DNA from: Gammaproteobacteria bacterium
GTDB lineage: Bacteria > Bacteroidota > Bacteroidia > Flavobacteriales_D > JABDKJ01
Assembly: GCA_047638815.1 (NCBI GenBank)
Contig: JBLIMR010000006.1
Span: 6,805-70,804 of the forward strand
Length of the DNA stretch: 64,000 bases
Reading direction: 5' to 3'
Under the pieces are notes generated by a model. That model made no database searches. It was not told where the DNA came from and saw nothing but the letters and a program-made list of their open reading frames with translations. Both the position numbers and the translations under genes were made by a program. Position 1 is the first letter of the stretch. Every line of letters begins with the position of its first letter. Shown here piece after piece: positions 1 to 8,962 of the stretch.

Positions 1-2
1 TT

Positions 3-188
3 TTGGCAATTATCACGCTTTTTCAAATTGCTTGTTTGTTTGTCTCTATTGTTGGTATCCCGCTCGCATACATTCTGGCAAAATCATTAAGCACTTACTT
101 TAATCCTGTAAACAAAAAATCGGTAGATAGAGAAGTTGCAAATGAAATCCAAAGAAGAAAAGCCAGGGAGCATTTAGGAAAGCGTTAA
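3..188 (+). CDS. C-terminal fragment of a hypothetical membrane protein (gene starts upstream of the window)
   Basis: Open frame running in from the window edge; hydrophobic stretch ITLFQIACLFVSIVGIPLAYIL followed by a basic tail. No family recognised. Confidence 0.3.
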   Translation: MAIITLFQIACLFVSIVGIPLAYILAKSLSTYFNPVNKKSVDREVANEIQRRKAREHLGKR

Positions 189-576
189 TAAGTCGTTTCC
201 TTCAGAGATTCAATCCTTAATGTCATAACGGCTATCAAAAATGAACATCCCAACTATTAAAATTGCCTCTTAATCTACATTCCTACGCCAAAAACATCAT
301 TGGGGAGTAAAAAATATTATCTTCAGTCCCACTAACCAAGTATGAGCGAAGATAAAAAACCTATAGAGGATGAGTTGCGAAGACTTACCCTAGAACTGGA
401 AGCCAAAAGTCAAGAGTTAGCGCTTGATGAATGGAGACGAAGAAGATCCTAGGCTTCGACAAATTGATCCATTGACATACAATCTCTATTCTTTTGGAAA
501 CGGTTCAATAGGAATCTCGAATTTCTCGAATTAACAAGGCCTGAAGGTCTTCAAGAATTTTGGATTCAGTGGAGAC

Positions 577-1245
577 ATGAATCGCGACAGGCTCATTGTA
601 AATAAAATCTTGAATACTCAAAAAATGCTAAAACAAACCTTTGTAAACCTGATCGAAAAATATATCTCCAATCAAGATCTGCTGGATGAACTCTGGAACG
701 AACTTGAAAGTAATTATTCGCACAAAAAACGTTTTTATCACTCTTTAGACCATCTAGAAAATATACTAAAATCACTTCTAGATATTAAAATTGAAATCAA
801 AAATTGGGATTGTATATTATTCACACTATTTTATCATGATATAATCTATAAAGCTCATAAGTCTAACAACGAAGAAAAGAGTGCTGAACTTGCTGAGAAA
901 AGGATGCGGCAGATTTCTGTTTCTATTGATATGATCAAGCTTTGTACAGAACAAATTTTGGCCACCAAATCACATGACTCGTCCAATAACATTGATACTA
1001 ATTATTTCACAGATGCTGATCTTTCCATATTGGGAAAGGGTTGGGAGTCATACGAGACGTATTACAAAAACGTAAGGAAGGAGTATTCCATTTACCCTGA
1101 TCTGGTATATAATCCAGGGCGAAGAAAAGTGCTGAATCATTTTTTATCTATGGACAGAATCTTCAAGACTGAACATTTTTATGCCAAGTATGAAAGCAAT
1201 GCTAAGGAAAATTTAGAAAAGGAGTTGACTATACTAGGAGTCTAG
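577..1245 (+). CDS. HD-domain-like metal-dependent phosphohydrolase family protein (uncharacterised family)
   Basis: 222 aa ORF with a YHSLDHLENIL ... LFYHDIIY (H...HD) pattern typical of small HD-superfamily hydrolases. True start may be an internal Met (MLKQTF). Confidence 0.55.
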   Translation: MNRDRLIVNKILNTQKMLKQTFVNLIEKYISNQDLLDELWNELESNYSHKKRFYHSLDHLENILKSLLDIKIEIKNWDCILFTLFYHDIIYKAHKSNNEEKSAELAEKRMRQISVSIDMIKLCTEQILATKSHDSSNNIDTNYFTDADLSILGKGWESYETYYKNVRKEYSIYPDLVYNPGRRKVLNHFLSMDRIFKTEHFYAKYESNAKENLEKELTILGV

Positions 1246-1248
1246 ACT

Positions 1249-1722
1249 TTATATAACATATCGCATTTTCGCAGTGACCACTTTTGATTCCCCCGCTTTC
1301 AACTCCATGTTAAATTTGTCTATGTCCGGTTTTGTATATCCGCTATGATAATAATCCCCAAATCCGAACCCCTCTTTCGGAATGCCAAAGAAATTATAAT
1401 CCATTTTGTTGTTATCGTTCTCATCGTCCATTAAAGAAAAACCATAAGTCCCCGCGGGAAGATCAAAATTTACCTTCAGCGTGCCTTCATCTATATTATC
1501 CTTGTCAAAATGAAATGCATAGGTTGACTCTTCATTCCTAAAACTGTCATTGTCAATAAAAGCACCTATCTGTATTTTACCATTATTCGTTCGAATACCT
1601 GTAACAATCATCTCAATGTGAGTCATCGTTTCCTGAGGGCCATCAGATGAAGGCTTAGTGGTCCAAGAGAAAAGCACAGTGGATATCAGAAATATGATAG
1701 TATAGTAGGAATGTTTTCTCAA
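1249..1722 (-). CDS. DUF2141-like secreted protein
   Basis: Signal peptide, then FSLMDDENDNNKMDYNFFGIPKEGFGFG, which matches my recollection of the DUF2141 core (hDeN.NgklD...GiP.EgyGFS). Confidence 0.65.
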   Translation of the reverse strand: MRKHSYYTIIFLISTVLFSWTTKPSSDGPQETMTHIEMIVTGIRTNNGKIQIGAFIDNDSFRNEESTYAFHFDKDNIDEGTLKVNFDLPAGTYGFSLMDDENDNNKMDYNFFGIPKEGFGFGDYYHSGYTKPDIDKFNMELKAGESKVVTAKMRYVI

Positions 1723-1936
1723 TGCGAATTAATTTTATGTCCGGAAGTCAATATTTTATGGATGGTGAATATAGCATGTAGATTACTGCAACCACAACAT
1801 AATTATTGTTCTGTCCACAATACTTTCACGTTATGAAGCCAGAGTTTAGTTCCTGGAAGTAATGTCGTTTCGCATTAAACATTTCAGAAATATTACCCAA
1901 CAATAGGTTGATTTAAACATATTAGGTAGAATATCG

Positions 1937-2959
1937 TTATTTCTTGAAGTATACTTCCTTTACTATATCTTCCGCAGGTTTATTCTGCGGAGAGTAATTG
2001 GAATGAGCATCGCCATCTACAGATTTATCATCTGGGTACCATTTCCAAATAAATCCACCAGCCATCCAATTGCTATCCCATACAGAATTGTAGAGCGCTT
2101 GATAACCGATAGTCTGAGCTTCCAGATTCACCAACTCATCTGATGGAACTGACTCTATTCTCCATTGCTCCCAACAAGCTCCATCAATGCTACGATATCC
2201 ATACTCTGTAAAAATAACTTGCTTGTCGTTATCCACCGCTATCTTACCTATTTTTTTCACTATTGATCCCCAAGATTTCTCCAATTCCTCCAATATGGGC
2301 TCTAACTTTGGTGACAAAGGAAAATATGCATCCAAGCCGATAAAATCCAGATCAGCCCAAAACTTTATATTGTAATAATTGTCCCAATTGGCCGCATACG
2401 TTAATTTACCAGAATACACTTCACGCACATCACTTATTAATTGCTTCCAATACTCTGGTCTTTCATTTACTGAATTTTTAAATTCTGTACCTACACAGAG
2501 TATTTCCACATTATACTTCTCAGCCATTTGAGCGAGTGTTAAAATATAGTTCGTGTAATTTTCTTCCCAAACTATCCAGTTTTTATTGCTTAAATCGAAA
2601 TCACCAACCCAATTCAAATCTTCCATGATAAAATGTGGTTTTAACATGAGTTTAAAGCCGTTGTCTTTTGCTTCTTTAATCAATCTTTTGATCCCATCTA
2701 TGGAATCACCCATCCAGTTACGGGTAGAGTCAAATTCAAAGATTGGGTCATTATCGTTTAAGAAAGTAAAGGGAGTCAAACTAACCCAGTTAGCATTGAT
2801 TCGCTTTATCGCTTTCATTTTACCGAATTCAGCATCATTTTGCGGTGACACATAATTAACACCATTGATCTTAGTAGAAAGAAATTCCTTTTGACCATAG
2901 CTCTTCATGCCCACTAGACCCATTATCGTAAAAAAGAAAATGCTTTTTATTTTCCGCAC
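1937..2959 (-). CDS. Secreted clan GH-A-like TIM-barrel glycoside hydrolase
   Basis: Signal peptide. Spaced motifs NWVSLTPF, LKPH, VGTEF (candidate acid/base Glu) and FTEYGYRS (candidate nucleophile Glu), as in GH5-like retaining hydrolases. The GH family cannot be assigned by eye. Confidence 0.55.
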   Translation of the reverse strand: MRKIKSIFFFTIMGLVGMKSYGQKEFLSTKINGVNYVSPQNDAEFGKMKAIKRINANWVSLTPFTFLNDNDPIFEFDSTRNWMGDSIDGIKRLIKEAKDNGFKLMLKPHFIMEDLNWVGDFDLSNKNWIVWEENYTNYILTLAQMAEKYNVEILCVGTEFKNSVNERPEYWKQLISDVREVYSGKLTYAANWDNYYNIKFWADLDFIGLDAYFPLSPKLEPILEELEKSWGSIVKKIGKIAVDNDKQVIFTEYGYRSIDGACWEQWRIESVPSDELVNLEAQTIGYQALYNSVWDSNWMAGGFIWKWYPDDKSVDGDAHSNYSPQNKPAEDIVKEVYFKK

Positions 2960-3198
2960 AACACAAATTTAATGCAACAAGATCTATAATCAAAGCCATT
3001 AAATATGTCATTTTAATTGCAAAATTTCACATCATTTACAATAAAAGTCTAATCTTCAGTAAATACCTAAATGACACCAAACTGCTTTCGGTTACGTGAA
3101 TATCAATGTATCTTTGTAGTCTTATTCTAAATTTTTATTTTCACATTAAGAATATGCTACTATCACCACGAAATATGTTCCAAGAAATCGTCAATACA

Positions 3199-3984
3199 AT
3201 GTCCTTTCGTATTATCTACATTATTATAATATCTTTATTTTTAGTTGGTTGCGAAACTTTCGAATATAGTCCATATGAGATTGATCGTGATGGACCGACC
3301 GATATTAATGCCAATAATATTGCCCGATTCATCAATAGTGAGTCAGACACTTCAATCATTGCTGTAATTGGGGATACGCAAAGATTTTATGATGCAACCG
3401 ATGATATAATTGACAAAATAAATACCATTAATGAAGTAGACTTTGTTATTCATACTGGTGATTTAGTAGACTTTGGCCTACAACGAGAATATAACTGGAT
3501 GTATGAACTTTTGGAGAAACTTCACGCCCCTTATGTTGCCGTAGTCGGCAACCACGACCTTATTGGTAACGGTGGTGAGATCTATCAAAACATGTATGGG
3601 CCCTTAAATTTTAGTTTCATCTTTAATGACACAAAGTACGTTTATATAAACACCAACAGTAGGGAGTTTGGATTCGAACCAAATGTGCCAGATATTTCGT
3701 GGCTTGAACAGGAGTTGTCAGACACTACAGGCTTCTCTCAGGCCATCATTGTACAACATGTCCCTCCGATCAATCAGGACTTCAATGATGAGCTAGTAGA
3801 TGATTTTATAGAAGTTCTTGGGTCTCATGACAATTTATTACTGGGTATCAATGGACATAATCACAACTATAATTTTACAGCTTCAGAGGATGGCATAAGC
3901 TACTTAAATTCTGCAAGTACTACAACAGAGCAATTCATTCTCTTGAAAGTTTGGAATGGCGGATTCGAATTTGAATTAAGATAA
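3199..3984 (+). CDS. Calcineurin-like metallophosphoesterase, lipoprotein
   Basis: Motifs GDTQ, HTGDLVDFG, GNHD, GHNH. The ORF track starts at 3106, but the ATG at 3199 gives a lipoprotein signal peptide MSFRIIYIIIISLFLVGC. Confidence 0.75.
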   Translation: MSFRIIYIIIISLFLVGCETFEYSPYEIDRDGPTDINANNIARFINSESDTSIIAVIGDTQRFYDATDDIIDKINTINEVDFVIHTGDLVDFGLQREYNWMYELLEKLHAPYVAVVGNHDLIGNGGEIYQNMYGPLNFSFIFNDTKYVYINTNSREFGFEPNVPDISWLEQELSDTTGFSQAIIVQHVPPINQDFNDELVDDFIEVLGSHDNLLLGINGHNHNYNFTASEDGISYLNSASTTTEQFILLKVWNGGFEFELR

Positions 3985-4601
3985 TGAGACGTAGTTTGCA
4001 GAATAAATATCTCGTATTCATCTCATTGATGCTTCTTTCTTTTGGCGCTCTTGCTCAAAGTGATTCTCTTGTTATTAAAAACAAGTTCGCCCCAGATGTC
4101 CTTAGGTTTCAGTTTGCCGGGAATGCAGGAATGTTCTCTTTAGGAGCTGATTGGATTTTTGCCAAAGATAAACTGGAACTCGATGCTTCGTTTGGATTTA
4201 TTCCTGCTTCTAGATCTTCTAGAACATTTTATGCAACAACTTTCAAGCTGATGTATACTCCAAATTGGCGTTATAACTATAAGCAATTTCAATGGAAACC
4301 TTTATCAGTTGGTCCATTAGTATCAAGATACAGCGGGTTGGATTTGAGCAAGTATAAGAAAAACAAATACTATCCAAAAAATTACTACTGGTGGAGTATA
4401 AAAAATCGTGTTGGCCTGGCTTTGAGTACGGAGGCAAAAATCACCCTTAATAAAGGACCTATTAAAGCCATATCAATATATCTTGAAGCAAGCATGTGGG
4501 ATGTTTATTTCTACAGCATTTTTGCCAATGGCAATGAAGTTTATTTAAGCCCACGAGATCTTGTGATCATGGGTACTGGGTTCAAGTTTCATATAAAATA
4601 G
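3984..4601 (+). CDS. Hypothetical secreted, probably outer-membrane, protein
   Basis: Signal peptide (LLSFGALAQ), aromatic-rich alternating sequence, C-terminal GTGFKFHIK. Start overlaps the stop of the upstream gene (ATAATG). Confidence 0.4.
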   Translation: MRRSLQNKYLVFISLMLLSFGALAQSDSLVIKNKFAPDVLRFQFAGNAGMFSLGADWIFAKDKLELDASFGFIPASRSSRTFYATTFKLMYTPNWRYNYKQFQWKPLSVGPLVSRYSGLDLSKYKKNKYYPKNYYWWSIKNRVGLALSTEAKITLNKGPIKAISIYLEASMWDVYFYSIFANGNEVYLSPRDLVIMGTGFKFHIK

Positions 4602-4744
4602 AAGGGTGAAAAATGTTCAAATTTTCTGCTAACTTTTGATCTCACATGCGAGTAGCAATCTTTTGAGCATATTTCATGAGTTTAACAAATTCTAACTTTT
4701 CATTTGTAATAAATATCCTATTACCTTCGTTGCTAAGTTCGTAA

Positions 4745-5323
4745 TTGATGAAAATTCTCTCCAAAAATATAGGCCTCATAGTATTTGCTATGATGATAAG
4801 CTTTATAGTGAAAGCTCAAGAGGATTCCTTGATGACAGATCAAGTTGTTGTAGACACCCTAAATATTGAATATGACTCTTTTATGGCTCATCCACCCAGA
4901 AAAGCAACTATTCTGGCAGCAGTATTGCCTAGTGCAGGTCAACTTTACAATAAGAAATATTGGAAAATGCCATTGGTCTATTTTGGATTTGGAGTGAGTG
5001 GATATTACCTTAACAGGAATTTGAATGACATTAAATTTTTCAGGGAAAATTTGCAAGCAGAAATTGATGATGATCCACTGACTATTAATGAAACAGGAGC
5101 AACCGAGCAGACACTTCTCAGTGCCCTCGACAGGTCTAAATCTTTACGAGACTGGAGTTATATTGCAATAGTCGGGGTTTATGTTTTACAAATCATTGAC
5201 GCCAATGTCGATGCTCATCTTTGGCACTTTGATGTCAACGATGATCTCTGTCTCACAACACTGCCAACAATTATTTTGGCGGACAAAGCCCAGCCTGGAT
5301 TTTCACTTACATTAAACTTTTAA
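4745..5323 (+). CDS. DUF5683-like protein
   Basis: Signal peptide plus LPSAGQLYNKKYWKMPLVY, the motif I associate with the Bacteroidota DUF5683 family. Confidence 0.6.
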   Translation: MMKILSKNIGLIVFAMMISFIVKAQEDSLMTDQVVVDTLNIEYDSFMAHPPRKATILAAVLPSAGQLYNKKYWKMPLVYFGFGVSGYYLNRNLNDIKFFRENLQAEIDDDPLTINETGATEQTLLSALDRSKSLRDWSYIAIVGVYVLQIIDANVDAHLWHFDVNDDLCLTTLPTIILADKAQPGFSLTLNF

Positions 5324-5327
5324 TCTT

Positions 5328-6023
5328 TTGAAAATAGCAATAATTGGTTATGGAAAAATGGGCAAGGAAGTGGAGCGACTGGCCTTGGAAAAAGGTCACG
5401 TCATTTCAGGCATTGTCAATAAAAGTGAAGATGCTTGGCCCGAAGCGGATGTCGCAATAGAGTTTTCTACCCCAGAAAATTGCCTCTCGAACTATCAAAA
5501 AGCATTTGACCTTAATATGCCAATCGTTTCTGGAACAACAGGATGGTATGAGCATATAGATGAAATTAAAGATTTGGTTGAAGGACAAAACAAGAGTTTT
5601 CTGTACGCTTCCAATTTCAGTATTGGTGTCAATTTATTTTTTAAGGTAAATAGATATCTGGCCAAACTCATGAACAAGCATCGGGATTATATCTGTCAAA
5701 TTGATGAAATTCATCACACGGAAAAGAAGGATGCTCCAAGCGGTACGGCCATAACTATTGCCGATGACATTATTGAGCAATCCGAAACTTTCAAGAGTTG
5801 GGTCAATGAGGATACCATTGAGAACAACATTCTTCCGATTCTTTCTCATAGAGAAAAATGGGTGCCTGGAACACATGTCGTGTCTTACCAAAATGAAATT
5901 GATGCTCTTGAAATCAAACATGTTGCCAAAAACAGAGAAGGTTTTGCCTTAGGTGCTATCTTTGCAGCAGAATGGATCCATGGGAAAATTGGATTTTTTA
6001 CAATGAATGATGTAATGCTTTAG
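5328..6023 (+). CDS. dapB: 4-hydroxy-tetrahydrodipicolinate reductase
   Basis: N-terminal Rossmann motif MKIAIIGYGKMGK and the DapB signature EIHHTEKKDAPSGTA. TTG start. Confidence 0.9.
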   Translation: MKIAIIGYGKMGKEVERLALEKGHVISGIVNKSEDAWPEADVAIEFSTPENCLSNYQKAFDLNMPIVSGTTGWYEHIDEIKDLVEGQNKSFLYASNFSIGVNLFFKVNRYLAKLMNKHRDYICQIDEIHHTEKKDAPSGTAITIADDIIEQSETFKSWVNEDTIENNILPILSHREKWVPGTHVVSYQNEIDALEIKHVAKNREGFALGAIFAAEWIHGKIGFFTMNDVML

Positions 6024-6029
6024 GGAAAA

Positions 6030-6105
6030 AATGCTGTAATGCAATAATGCTTTAATGCGATAATAGAAAATTGGTTGCGATTAAGGGTAGGAATGCTGTA
6101 ATTCG
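6030..6105. repeat. Left flank repeat block of the four-helix-bundle cassette (AATGC/TAATGC words)
   Basis: AATGCTGTAATGCAATAATGCTTTAATGCGATAAT at 6030-6064 and AATGCTGTAATTCG at 6092-6105. Positions 6030-6047 are the exact reverse complement of the 18-mer TTATTGCATTACAGCATT at 16425-16442. Confidence 0.85.
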
Positions 6106-6132
6106 ATACTACTGGAATAGGATAAAAGGATA

Positions 6133-6508
6133 ATGACTACGGATAAGGGGGTATTTATTAAAATGATGAAGCCTAAAACCAAGGCTTTTGCAGTAGATGT
6201 GATTCAATTTTGTGATTCCTTAAAAAACACCAAAGCATCCTCAGTCATAACGTATCAGCTCATTAAATCAAGCACATCGGTTGGCGCGAATTATAGAGCA
6301 GCCTGCAAGGCGAGGTCCAAAAAAGAATTTTTCAGCAAGAATATGTATCGTTGTTGAGGAAATTGATTAATCACAGTATTGGTTAGAAGTAATAAAAGAA
6401 ACCAAATTATCTTCTGAAATTGAAGAACTTGATAGATTATATTTGCAAGCAGAAGAAATAAATAAGATAGTCTCAAAAGCCAAAGACTCAACATATAGTT
6501 TGAGCTAG
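6133..6508 (+). pseudogene. Four-helix-bundle protein (23S rRNA intervening-sequence protein family), disrupted
   Basis: Frame 1 gives KTKAFAVDVIQFCDSL...QLIKSSTSVGANYRAACKARSKKEFFSK and stops at 6355-6357. The family-typical continuation IVVEEID*SQYWLEVIKE...KAKDSTYSLS is in a different frame (shift near 6338-6345) and has an in-frame TAA at 6368-6370 where the family normally has Glu (EE.DES.YWLE). Confidence 0.7.
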
Positions 6509-6555
6509 TTAAGACAAAGACATTACCCCTAATTGAGAATATCTATGCCTACAAA

Positions 6556-6608
6556 ATTATTACTGCATTATCGCATTGAAGCATTATCGCATTAGGACAT
6601 TAGGACAT
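6556..6608. repeat. Right flank repeat block of the four-helix-bundle cassette (GCATTA/GCATTGAA words)
   Basis: ATTATTACTGCATTATCGCATTGAAGCATTATCGCATTAGGACATTAGGACAT. The 20-mer ATTATCGCATTGAAGCATTA at 6567-6586 is identical to 16464-16483. The block is roughly the inverted complement of the left flank. Confidence 0.85.
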
Positions 6609-6631
6609 AAAATAAATAGAGCAACAAACAG

Positions 6632-8221
6632 ATGACGATTACAATACCACTAATTTTACTAATACTGACCATCATTTCATGGTTTATCAGTTTGCCTGCA
6701 CTATTTAAAAAAGCGGGAGGAAATTCCACTGCGGGTTACGTTCCAGGATGGAATTTTATTGAATGGCAAAAAATTACTGAACGACCTTGGTGGTGGGTTT
6801 TGATTCTACTTATTCCGGGCGTAGGTTTCTTGATGTTGACTATAATGCATGTTCAACTTGCATGGTCATTTGGTCAAAGAGATGCTAAGAGCACGATATT
6901 AGCGGTTGTAGCACCTTTCTATCTTCTACCACTAATGGCTAAAAAAGATGAGATTGTTTATACCGGAAATATTGATTGGAACGTCAGGAAAAAAAGTACT
7001 GCTCGTGAATGGGGAGATGCTATACTATTTGCCTTAATCGCAGCTTTTATCATTCGTACTTTCACCTTTGAGGCCTTTACGATCCCAACACCTTCAATGG
7101 AGGAATCAATGTTAGTTGGTGATTATCTTTTTGTAAATAAGATTAAGTATGGATCGCGTATTCCTATGACTCCATTGGCATTCCCTTTGGCTCATCATAC
7201 CATGCCAATCCTTAATACCAAAGCATATTTGGAATGGATGAAATTGGGCTACAATAGACTCCCCGGATGGTCGGATGTAGAAAGAGGTGATGCTGTAGTT
7301 TTTAACTTTCCAGAAGGAGATACTGTTCTGGTCGAGGCACAGGATAGATCTTACCACGCAATGAAAAGAGCCAAAGCCTATGAATTGGCAGGGTTTAATG
7401 AAGGCAATTTTGAGAAGAATGAACAAAAACTACTGAATAGGGCACATACGAGTCTTTTAAAAGCTCATGGAGGCATGGTTGTTCGACCGACTGACAAAAA
7501 AGAAAATTATGTCAAGAGATGTGTTGCTATTGCTGGTGAAACTATTGAAGTAAAAGACCGAGAGTTGTATGTGGATTCCAAGCTGCAGGATCAATATACT
7601 AATGTCCAGTTCATGTATATCGTGACCTTTGAAAATGCAATCACCAGATCGATGCAAAAGACGTTAAAAGAAAGATATGGCATCAACTATGCCGATAGAA
7701 TAGAAGGGTTGAGTCAAGGTAATAATCAAGTTTACTTTTTGACAAAGGGTCAAGCCGAAACCCTTAGTGGTCTCGACAAGATTAAGGGCGTTGTTCCGGT
7801 GGAAGATCGCAAAGAGAATTTCCGTGCCGTTTTTCCTAATACAAAAGACAACACGTGGACCAAAGACAATTTCGGCCCACTTTACATTCCGAAAAGAGGA
7901 GATAAACTACCACTGACAAAAGAAAATCTTGATTACTATACAAGAGCGATCACTGCCTACGAGGGGAATACTCTTGAGAAAAAAGGAGGAGACATTTTCA
8001 TCAATGGTGAGAAAACTGAATTCTATACTTTCAAATTTAATTATTACTGGCTCATGGGTGATAATAGACACAACTCACTTGACTCGAGATATTGGGGATT
8101 TGTCCCTGAAGATCATGTGGTAGGAAAAGCAGCTTTTGTTTGGTTTTCACGAGACAAGGAAATCGACCTTTTCAAAAAAGGAGGTATCCGTTGGGACAGA
8201 GTTTTCACCAAAGTACGTTGA
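6632..8221 (+). CDS. lepB: Signal peptidase I with long N-terminal membrane extension
   Basis: Catalytic Ser box PTPSMEESMLVGDYLFVNK and C-terminal box GDNRHNSLDSRYWGFVPEDHVVGKA. The N-terminal ~110 aa (LFKKAGGNSTAGYVPGWNFIEWQKITERPWWW) resembles the DUF5684-type membrane module common in Bacteroidota LepB. Confidence 0.9.
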   Translation: MTITIPLILLILTIISWFISLPALFKKAGGNSTAGYVPGWNFIEWQKITERPWWWVLILLIPGVGFLMLTIMHVQLAWSFGQRDAKSTILAVVAPFYLLPLMAKKDEIVYTGNIDWNVRKKSTAREWGDAILFALIAAFIIRTFTFEAFTIPTPSMEESMLVGDYLFVNKIKYGSRIPMTPLAFPLAHHTMPILNTKAYLEWMKLGYNRLPGWSDVERGDAVVFNFPEGDTVLVEAQDRSYHAMKRAKAYELAGFNEGNFEKNEQKLLNRAHTSLLKAHGGMVVRPTDKKENYVKRCVAIAGETIEVKDRELYVDSKLQDQYTNVQFMYIVTFENAITRSMQKTLKERYGINYADRIEGLSQGNNQVYFLTKGQAETLSGLDKIKGVVPVEDRKENFRAVFPNTKDNTWTKDNFGPLYIPKRGDKLPLTKENLDYYTRAITAYEGNTLEKKGGDIFINGEKTEFYTFKFNYYWLMGDNRHNSLDSRYWGFVPEDHVVGKAAFVWFSRDKEIDLFKKGGIRWDRVFTKVR

Positions 8222-8232
8222 TCCGTTAGATT

Positions 8233-8847
8233 TTGTCTAAATCAGTAAATACATTACCTCTACCCTATTTCGGCAATTTATTTTTCTATGCGGTTCTTTT
8301 TCAGACAGATCATATTATCGATGTTCATGAGAATTACAGAAAACAGACCTATAAAAATAGGGCTGAAATTGTGACGGATCAGGGCTTACTGAAACTTACT
8401 ATTCCAGTGATTAAGAACAGTGGTTTAAAGACGCCATTCCATGAAATACAAATAGATAATGGCGACCATTGGAATAAGATTCATCCTAGAGCCCTCAAAG
8501 CCGCATATAGTTCTTCCCCATTTTACGAGTATTACATTGATGATCTTAATCCCATTTGGGAACAACCATGTGATTCTCTTTATGAAAACAATCTACGTTG
8601 CCATAAAATCATCTGTAAAATCATGGAGTGGAAGTTGGATTTGAATATTTCAGACACTTATGTCGATGATTTTGAGAATGACTATAGGCCTATGTTCCTT
8701 AAAAGAAAGAAGAAATCAGACTTCCAACCATACACCCAAGTATTCAAAAGCAAGACGGAACATATTTCGAACCTGAGTATTCTAGATTTGATATTCAATC
8801 TTGGACCAGAGAGCGAGATGTATTTACGCAATCTTAAAATTGAATAA
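8233..8847 (+). CDS. WbqC family protein
   Basis: LPLPYFGNLFFYAVLFQTDHIIDVHENYRKQTYKNRAEI...LTIPV matches the WbqC-like family pattern. It sits immediately after lepB, as in many Flavobacteriia. TTG start. Confidence 0.7.
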   Translation: MSKSVNTLPLPYFGNLFFYAVLFQTDHIIDVHENYRKQTYKNRAEIVTDQGLLKLTIPVIKNSGLKTPFHEIQIDNGDHWNKIHPRALKAAYSSSPFYEYYIDDLNPIWEQPCDSLYENNLRCHKIICKIMEWKLDLNISDTYVDDFENDYRPMFLKRKKKSDFQPYTQVFKSKTEHISNLSILDLIFNLGPESEMYLRNLKIE

Positions 8848-8962
8848 TAAGATTGAAATGAATCTCTATACCGATCAGATTCAGAGGCTTCAATTCATAA
8901 TTAAATGATTCGTAATTCGTAATTAACTCTCTATATTTGAAGTTCAATTGCTAGGTATAAAC

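Noticed and set aside
343-534. Small ORF MSEDKKPIEDELRRLTLELEAKSQELALDEWRRRRS followed in another frame by NGDEEDPRLRQIDPLTYNLYSFGNGSIGISNFSN
   Set aside because: It could be a frameshifted small gene, but there is no recognisable family, no clear ribosome-binding context, and it is too short to judge.
8908-8924. ATTCGTA heptamer tandem (ATTCGTAATTCGTAATT) after wbqC
   Set aside because: There are only about 2.4 copies. It is reminiscent of the other simple repeats but too short to distinguish from chance in AT-rich DNA.
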